DNA of 64,000 nucleotides from Eledone cirrhosa (taxonomy: Eukaryota): positions 355,570,001-355,634,000 of the forward strand of contig OZ024740.1 of assembly GCA_964016885.1 (NCBI GenBank), written 5' to 3'. This document shows positions 55,420 to 64,000 of the stretch, piece by piece (the first letter of the stretch is position 1; the number at the start of each line of letters is the position of its first letter). The notes beneath the pieces are model-generated. The model saw only the letters and a program-made list of their open reading frames with translations. It did no database searches and had not been told where the DNA came from. The translations under genes and the position numbers were made by a program.

Positions 55420-58204
55420 AGAAAGGAAAACAGTTCTTGTGTCAAAGATCTTAAATAAGTACAACATAGACATAGCAGTAATAAGTTAAAGTCAACTTCC
55501 TGATTATGGACAGCTTGAGGAGAAAAAGGAGGGTTATACAGTCTTCTGGTCATGGAAAAAAGAAGATGCAATACACTCATCAGGTAATGGTCTTGCTATT
55601 AGAACTAAGATAGGAAAGACACTGACATCTTTACCACAGGTGGTGAGTGATCATTTGATGACATTGAAATAAATTTACTGGTGTTACCACCCTAACCTTA
55701 ATCAGTTGCTATGCCCTAACCATGAACTCTTAAGAATCAGAGATTACCAACTTGTATAAGAAATTACATGTTTACTGCCAGAACTATAGGTTATCATAAC
55801 AGATTTCTGATACTAGGGGACTTCAATGCCAAAGTTGGGTCAGATCATGAGTTCTTGGCTCTCATGGCATTGGAAATAATAGCATTGGACTTTGCATTCT
55901 CTCTTTTTTGCAATGACTTGGCCTCCTTATCATCAAAAATGTTTCAACAACCTAACAGGTTCAAAACCACTTGGATGAATTGAAGGTAAAAAAACAAACT
56001 GGTATTTGATTAACTAAATTTTAACAAAATAGTGTCAATAATATGATATTCATCAACTCTTCCTCCTTCCACAGAACATGTTGGTTATCTGATCACTCTC
56101 TGTTGCATTGCAAGGTATCAACTTCAGATAAAGCATATAAAACATAATGCAAACTTTCTTAAACAAATAAATGTACAGTTACTTGATGCTGAAAGAAAAT
56201 CTAGGCTGTCTCAATTGCTTGGAGGGTTTCTAATTTCAGAAAATATTGAAGAATCATGGAAAAATCTCAAGGAAGCAACATATTCTGCTTCACTTGAAGC
56301 TCTGAGTCTGTCAAGATTGGTTCAATGAAAATACTACAGAAATATAGTAACTCATTGAAAAACATGTGCACCTCTCATAAAATATGAATTGCCATTAAAA
56401 AAATCTTCAGCAAAAAAGAAATTATACTTGAACTGTAAACAAACTATTCAATGGGCCCTGAGAAAAATGAAAGACAAATGGTGGTCATGAAACACAGCTG
56501 AGCTTCAACCTGCTGTTTATAAAAAACGATATAAAAGAATTGTGTGACTACAATCAGGATATATCACTGCTTTCTGTAACAGGCAAGATTCTTGCTCAAG
56601 TTATTCTCAACAGAAGAACATCAGGTGGGCTCTTCAATCACCAAATATTTAAGGCGAAGACCCTTTCCAAAGACAAAAAATTGTTTTAGACTTCTTGTTT
56701 GCAGATGATGCAGCTTTAGTAGCTAATTCTTTCCAGGAAACACAGGAAGTTGCAAGCTGACTTTCCTCTGTACTAAAAGAGTTTGGCCTAACTATAAGTA
56801 TGAAAAAAAACCGGAAGTTATATACCAGCCAAAACCAACACCTATCCAAAGAAGAGGCATAACATTGGCCCAAATACAGTGCACCTCCATGTAAAATTCT
56901 TGTGGACAACTAGCCTCTAACGTATGTGATGTTCGTCCCCTACTTAGAAAGTAAAATCGATTCAATTCTGGTGCTTCTTTAGATGATGAAATAGTAAATA
57001 GGATCACCAAGGCTAGTGAAGCCTTTGGAAAGCTGTGAGAATAAAAGAGGATTGAATTTGAAAACCAAAATCTCAGTTTACCATGCAGTTGTTGTCTCAA
57101 CATTGCTGTATGGGTTGGAATGTCTTAGAAATGTCTGTGGTTTCCCATGGAAAGATAGAAACTCTAATGAACAGTTGTTTCATAAATGTGATATACTAAG
57201 CATAGAAGCCTTCTTGATAAAGTCTCAATTAAGATGAGCTGGCCATGTTGCTGAGATGAACAATGAAAGCCTGCCAAAAATTCTCACTTACAGCCAACTT
57301 CAGGTTGGTGTGTGAAACATAGGAATACCTCTTCTTATATACAAGGCTGAAGAATAATATCAAACTTACTGGAATACAAGCATCAGAATTTGAGGAATGT
57401 GCTGTTAACCGTAATAGGTGGAGTGAAGGAAAATCTGTCAAAATGGTATCAGAAGCCATGTCAACTCAAAGATTGAGCACCTATGTAATCTAAGGCAAGG
57501 TCAAAGGAATGCAGTTTCTGTTCAATAATTTGTGTGCGAAGAATGCAGTCATCATCATCATCACCGTTTTACGTCCGTTCTTCCATGCTAGCATGGGTTA
57601 GACGGGTTGTTCTGTTGTGGGCAGTGTCTGGTCGGCTGACCATGCCTTGCTCATACAGGAACTGATTTTGGCTTGATTTCTACAGCTGGATGCCCTTCCT
57701 AACACCAACCTCATTTACAGTGAGTGCTGGGTGCTTTTTTCCGTGGTGCCTACACGTCCACTTTACAGTGTGGAATGGGTGCTTTTTTGCCATGGCACCT
57801 CCATGACCACTTTGCAGTGGGAGGATGAGGGGGCATATTGTCTATATGCTTCAGCTTGTACCCATGGGAGGTCGGGTACTCTGTATTACTGCGTGACGCC
57901 AGAGGTCTCAGTCGTGTGTCATCGCCTTTGAGAGGTGTAATTGGGTAAGGTCGGCTTTTATCACCTCATCCCAGGTCTTCTTGGGTCTCCCCACTCCGCG
58001 GTTTTTATGCAGCTGTCATCCTTCATACGCATCACATGTCCATACCAATGCAACCGCCTCTCCTGCACACAGCATTTGAGTCTGGTTTGCAAAAACAAAG
58101 CAGGTTTAGTGTCTCACAGAAGACTCAAACACTAAAATGTGGAGTAAAAGGAAACTAGAATGTTTTGGCCCTCATACATTGAACACGACTAGAAAGTCCA
58201 TCAT
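55420..58204 (+). pseudogene. Decayed RTE-type LINE (APE, RT, C-terminal C2H2), heavily mutated and deleted
   Basis: GYTVFWS, LISCYA, LILGDFNAKVG, ISLLSVTGKILAQVILNR, DFLFADDAALVA, KTKISVYHAVVVSTLLYG, CEECS|LVCKNKAGLVSHRRLKH*. Confidence 0.88.
57551..58078 (-). mobile_element. Young R-B RTE 3' fragment nested in the old LINE's zinc finger
   Basis: Splits codons TGC AGT CTG, with AGTC present on both sides; encodes CCVQERRLHWYGHVMRMKDDSCIK, then the S1-like body and tail. Confidence 0.9.
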
Positions 58205-58391
58205 ATATATATATATATATGTTGATATAATCCCGATGTCAAGTTGAAACCGATTGGCTCTGCAGACAGGATTATACCCACTCTGCATCTCCTCATGCAT
58301 TCAGTACTCCTATGATTTGTGGTCTTTTCAGTCTCAGCACTGTGGACTCTCTCTGTCACTATGTTTATATATACACATATATACAAAAAAA

Positions 58392-58708
58392 GATCCCCTC
58401 CAGTCACAAATGACAATGAGTTTTGCCTCTAGAAAGTTCCCCTCTGAGGCACAAGCCTGGGAAAGTTGTTTTTGTAGAAGATCAGCAGTCACCCATGCAT
58501 ACCAGTCTCTCCTCTCCATACCATGGATGATGTCCAAGGGAAAGGCAATGGCTGATACAGCTTCATACCAGTGATGTTGGAACTTATTTCTACAGTTGAG
58601 TGAGCTGGAGCAACATGAAATAAAGTGTCTTGCCTAAGGACAGAGCACATCGCCCAGTCCGGGATTCAAACTCACAACCGCATGATTGTGAATCCATCTC
58701 TCTAATCA
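58392..58708 (-). mobile_element. tRNA-derived CORE-type SINE, family S3
   Basis: B box GAGTTTGAATCC, CORE-like CCTTAGGCAAGACACTTTATTTCA, distinct 3' body. Confidence 0.8.
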
Positions 58709-59857
58709 GGAATAAAAAATTATATTATATATATATATATGATATACATATTAAAAATGAAAAATAAAGTTGAAGTCAATGGAAATGACTAGTCTTAGCT
58801 CTATAATCTTACCAAGGACATGAGCAGCAAAATAAAGGATGCTGGTGATAAGGGCCGTCTTTATCACATCTCGATCAATGGCATGAAGAGTACTCCAAAA
58901 AAGCCAGGATAAACCTATAAAAAAATGAAATAGATAAATGAGATATGAAACAGCAAATATCTTTTTAAAAATAAACGAGAGAAAAAATGTAAAAGTAAAC
59001 AAGACACCAACACTACTGCAAATAATTTCAGTAATCAGTTAATAAAATTCATAAATTTGTATGTCTTAGGAAGGCATACATTTTAACTTTTAAGGATGTG
59101 TCTATCCTCTAAGAAAACATTTATTTTGATCATTCTCATCACCAACATCATCATAATTTGTTTTCTGTTAGCAAGAGCTGAACCATATCTTCACAGACCA
59201 GTTAGTACTCAAGCAAAGCCTCCAACCTCTTGGGTGTCAGGGGAGCCTAACATATGTTCCTATGCTCCACTGAGTGCATCCCATCATGTCACCAACTCTG
59301 AGGAAGATATCACATATCTGACAAGAGTCCTCTCAACCTCCTGCTTAACAGATCATTCATAGCTGGAAGCCACCCCCCCTCTCCCCATCACCAAACACTC
59401 AACAGATTGCACTGGGCTTGTTTATTATGTAGATCACCAGCTATAGAGAGGCTGTCTTGCCCCAGATACAACCAAAGAGTCCTCTCATCCCCCACCATTG
59501 CATAGTCTCCACTCCAGAGCAATAGACCCGAGTAACTCTGCATGTTGTAAATGGCCACAAAACGTGTTTGGTGTCAGGAAGGGCATCTGACTCTAAAACA
59601 CTGGCTGAAAAAGTGCTATTCAATACATGCCATTATGGAAATGTGGGCATAAAAGAGATGACAACAATGATGATGACATCAAAAACAATTTTTTTCTCCA
59701 AAAAAGAGCTCTTTCCAAATGTTATTAATTTTTGTTGAAGTAGACAATCAACACCATTGGAAAATGTTTTTTTTATTAATATTTCCATTGTTCGAATTAC
59801 AGGGGTTGTGGAGTTAAAGTATAGTTTTAATGCAACTGTCATACAATAGCTTATTAA

Positions 59858-60084
59858 CACTTTCATTAATATATTTCTTAATGAAATACACTGTATTTGA
59901 ACTAATTAATGAATAATTTGGAAGGATTTACTAAAATTATTTCATTATTAAGATGGTATTTGTAGCATAGCATATGGTTCTTACATGAAATTTGGTGATT
60001 TACATTTAAATAGGAACCCTTTGAAAAGAGTGGTTTTGATCCCAAGAACCAGAAGCTGATTTGGGTGGGTTGGTATTAAAAAAG
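59858..60084. mobile_element. piggyBac-type MITE, family B (decayed)
   Basis: Similar to 25455-25701. Confidence 0.6.
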
Positions 60085-61065
60085 TTGAGATTTATCTGTT
60101 ACATTGATTTCATGAAGCTACATAGACCTTCATTCACTGCCACTTGATCCAGATTACCACAAGTGACACATGCACTACAATAACTACAACATGAATCACT
60201 ATACTAGGCTCAAATGCAGTGACTACCAAAGAATTAAAACTTGCCATGCACTGATTGAATCTCTATTTGCTTTTGTTTCACTTAGCCCTACAGACATTTA
60301 TCATGTACTTAATAGATGAGACAGCAATATGCAGAGTGTACTTCTAACAACAAATTAAAACATGATGGAGTGTACTTTTATTGTGACTATATTATCCTAC
60401 CTCTAAAAATGTAAGGTGTTGTGTCAAAAAGAAACCAATATAAATCCCATTATTGTTGGACAAATGCTTCACACTACTGGTTCTGGCTCTTCTGAGTTTA
60501 AATCCTGCTGAGGTCAACTTTGCTGTTCATCCTTTTGAGGTTGATGAAATAAAGTACCAGTTAAGGGTTGGTATAATCGACTTTCCCTTTCCTATCATTA
60601 TTAAAGAATTGATTAAATGCTAGATTAGTAGATTATGAGAGCATCAGAGTCTGTGTTCAAATCCTGCCGTGGTCAATTTTGCTTTTTATCCTTCCAGGAT
60701 TGATAAAACAAAATACCAAATTTCTGGTCTTTGGCCTAGATTATAAGTAATTATTAAATAATTGATAATTGTAAGGATAATGATTTCTTTAGACTAGAAA
60801 CAAGACAAATTCTTGTAAAGGTGGTGTATAGTTGATAGAACAAATTCCAGTATGTTACTGGGACTAAATTTCTCCTGCCTAGATGACGAAAAGAAAGAAG
60901 TTTAACCTAATTTTGATTTTCAGAGACAAAAAACTAGAAATCATAAAATATTTCATTTGATACTTTACTGCTTCTGCTAACTTGATGGTTGAAATTTGTA
61001 TGTTTTACATAAGTCCCAGACCTGGCATCTGTGGATGAAAGGTGTATTCAATGAATCAAACTCCA

Positions 61066-61282
61066 TTGGTGGATTGGCAGAATCAGTAGAAGTTCGGTCA
61101 AAATGCTTTGCAGTATTTAGTTATGGCCCTTTACGTTCTGAGTTCAAATCCTGCCATGGTTAGCTTTACCTTTCATCATTACGGGGTCGATAAAATAATG
61201 CACCAGTAATGCACTGGGGTTGATTTAATCAACTTTCCCCTCTCCCCAAATGGCTGGTTTTGTGCATATTGTAGAAATTATT
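61066..61282 (+). mobile_element. SINE S2 (long variant)
   Basis: A box, B box, core and TGTGC..A.TGTAGAAA tail; further partial copies at about 60470-60750, 62556-62670 and 63443-63530. Confidence 0.85.
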
Positions 61283-61361
61283 ATATTATTGGTATTTATT
61301 CTATCAGAAAATATACAGAGACAAAACTACACTTAGTGTGAGGCAATTTCTGCTACTTTGA

Positions 61362-61560
61362 TCATCATCAACATATTTACATCCATTTTTCCATGAGTTA
61401 GATAAATCTTCTCCAATACAGCGTCCCTCCACTTGTCTCTTTCCTTTGTCATCTAACTTTGTGATGTTCAATATCCTAAGATCAGCTTTCATCACTTCTG
61501 TCCATGTCTGCCTTGACCAACCTCTACCATATTTTTCTTTACCTTGGAATTCCTTGAACT
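61362..61560 (-). mobile_element. Decayed RTE 3' end
   Basis: GRGWSRQTWTEVMKADLRILN followed by an RTE-type tail and (TGA)n. Confidence 0.7.
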
Positions 61561-62166
61561 TCAGATAGAACTTATTTTTTAATATATGCACTAAGTTAAA
61601 GATTCTACTTAAACAAGTCCACCATAAAACTGATACATATTTTATTTCAAAAGCTAAAGAGAACTCTTCATTCAAGTCAATAAAATGCACCCAGTACATT
61701 CTGTAAACTGGTTGGTGTTAGGAAGAGTGTCTGAGTATCAAAAACATGTCAAATAAACGGTTGTGAGGACTCTTCAGATGAGTGAAGAATATGACATCCT
61801 TCCTAGTGTTGGTGCCATAATAAAATGAAAAAACAGGTGGAAGTGGTGGTGGTGGTTGATGATGATGACGATAGCAAAGGACTTCAATATTTTTAGCCAT
61901 TGAATGAATAAAGAATAATAGTAGGAAATAAGAAGCTTACTTAGTAAGGCTGCACCATAAAACCTCACAGGAAGGGTAAGACATTGTCCTTCGACTGCTT
62001 CGAAAGCTGTTTCATACAAATGTTGAGGGAATACCAAAGCCTGGAAAAAAGGAAATTAATAGAAATTAGTTCCTGCCAAAAGAACATCTTCAATAACAAG
62101 AATGAATTGGGCATAGGCTCAAGGTCACACATTTTTGTGGTGAGAGAACAGTCAATTATACCTTAA

Positions 62167-62343
62167 CCCTTTAGCATTTGCATTACTCTATATTTATTTT
62201 TGTATTTTCATGGTAAAGGCCTTACCTCACATAATTATCTCACATAATATTGAATCTATGAGATTTTGATATTATTTATTTTGAGAACAATACCATAGCG
62301 TTGGTTTGAGTGGCTGGTTACAGCTGGTTTAAATGCTAAAGGG
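62167..62343 (-). mobile_element. piggyBac-type MITE, family A (internally deleted)
   Basis: Perfect 13-bp TIR CCCTTTAGCATTT/AAATGCTAAAGGG with TTAA on both sides. Confidence 0.92.
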
Positions 62344-62915
62344 TTAATTGGTACTTATTCAATCAAACCTGGAAGGACAGAAGACAAAGTCAACCTCGGG
62401 AGGTTTTGAACTCAGAATATAAAAACATGTAACTAAACAAACTAAACAGCACAAGTTTTATTCTCCGTCTCTTCACTGATTCTGACATCTAAAGATTAGT
62501 AATATAATAACTGTTTCAAACAGTTAAATAGTGTACTAGGATTTTTGTTACTTATAATTGTTTCTACTTTTGGCACAAGGCCAGCAATTACCCAGTACAT
62601 CACTGGTACTTTATTTTATCGACCCCGTAAGGATGAAAGGTAAAGTTAACCTCGGCGGGATCTGAACTTATAATGCTTGTGAAACTGAGATATTCATAAT
62701 TCAAATTCATCATTATCATTATCGTAAATTTTGAGCAGAGGATTTAGTCAAATAAATCAATATCAGTATTATGATTTATAAAACCAGAAGCAGTTTTGGG
62801 TGGGTTGGTTTCAAAAGGGTTAATGATACAAAAGAAATGGCTATATAGGGAATTTGAAACCAGATTGTAGACTCAATGCACTGAAAGCATGCTATGATAT
62901 TATGGCACCCAGCAT

Positions 62916-62995
<80 letters not shown>

Positions 62996-63653
62996 CCTTA
63001 GATAATTACAAAGCCACAAAGTGTTTCAATATGTTTAACTCTTCCCCTTCATTCATATAAGTTTTCATTGTAGTACAATTCAATCTACCAGGAAGGAACT
63101 GAGGTTGCTCTGCAACCAGACATTTCATCTAGACTATTGTGACCTTTCATTTCCTGTAAAGGTCACAGGTACTCCTACTTGACAGTATAGGGACATCGAT
63201 CAAAATATAGAATTAAGAGGGAGCATAAGACCAAAGCTCCTGCTAGCTACTTGACTTTAGTAAAGCAGAGATGATATTTAACACAAAAGTTGACACACCC
63301 TCTTCTACTATATACTGCCTGGCACTAGATATAAATGATTTTCATGTGTATGTTTATATATATATATATATATATATAGTCAAAACTTTGTCAGCAAGGA
63401 AAACGGAAGTTAATTAAGAATGATAATGATAGTGATAATAATTATTTCTACTTTTGGCACAAAACCACCAATTATCCCAGTGCATGACTGGTACTTTATT
63501 TTATCGACCCTGTAAGGATGAAAGGCAAATAATAATGAAGATCACACACACATACATACATATATATATATATAACAAAGGAATTGTGGTAAGGAACCAG
63601 ATGGACCATAACGCACCAGAGTACTCAATACTTAGGGTAGTAGAGTGGGAAAT

Positions 63654-63793
63654 AGAAAAAAGTAGGAACCCGACGGCAGAGCTCAAGCCGTTTCGGCAGC
63701 TATTTCTGGACTAAATTAGAATTAAAAATTCTAATTTAGTCCAGAAATAGCCGTCAAAACGGCTTGAACTCTGCTGTCAGGGTCATACTTTTT

Positions 63794-63795
<2 letters not shown>
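63654..63795. repeat. Long palindrome (~70-bp arms, 25-bp perfect core, 3-nt loop)
   Basis: GCTATTTCTGGACTAAATTAGAATT (63699-63723) / AATTCTAATTTAGTCCAGAAATAGC (63727-63751). Confidence 0.95.
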
Positions 63796-63830
<35 letters not shown>

Positions 63831-64000
63831 GTAAGATTTGTAAAATAAGCAATATGGAACTGTATACTTGTTGCATTTGACTTTAAGATAGTTATTCACA
63901 ATGACAGATATCTCTGTGTACATACATATACATATGTAATGCACGAATAGCCAAGATGAAAAAGTTAAGACATTTTATTCTTCAAACATATTTCTACAAG

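Overview
AT-rich, repeat-dense metazoan genomic DNA. The mix of tRNA-derived CORE-type and Meta/MESC-type SINEs, RTE LINEs with (TGA)n tails and very long TA/CA arrays points to an octopod cephalopod (inferred, not demonstrated). Most long ORFs in the track ([12 protein letters not shown]) are microsatellite artefacts. Real coding signal: a young 5'-truncated RTE LINE ORF with RT and an embedded PHD-type finger (2151-3878), two CR1-like LINE fragments, a Penelope-like element with a GIY-YIG domain and two inverted copies of a minimal hammerhead ribozyme (19844-21744), a decayed RTE LINE (55.4-58.2 kb) and a CRE-like relic. There are also many SINEs, TTAA-flanked piggyBac-type MITEs, a Helitron-like element and a 77-bp minisatellite. 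Two patterns stand out. (1) In two zones (about 1.8-23.5 kb and 45.4-50 kb) young pieces of unrelated retroelements are intercalated in continuing TA-rich tandem arrays, with fold-back and templated junctions. (2) Splice signals on the minus strand join two exons in phase (35494-35654 and 29800-29835) into an unidentified protein of about 60 aa with a hydrophobic N-terminal segment. No CRISPR array, tRNA gene or rRNA gene is supported.
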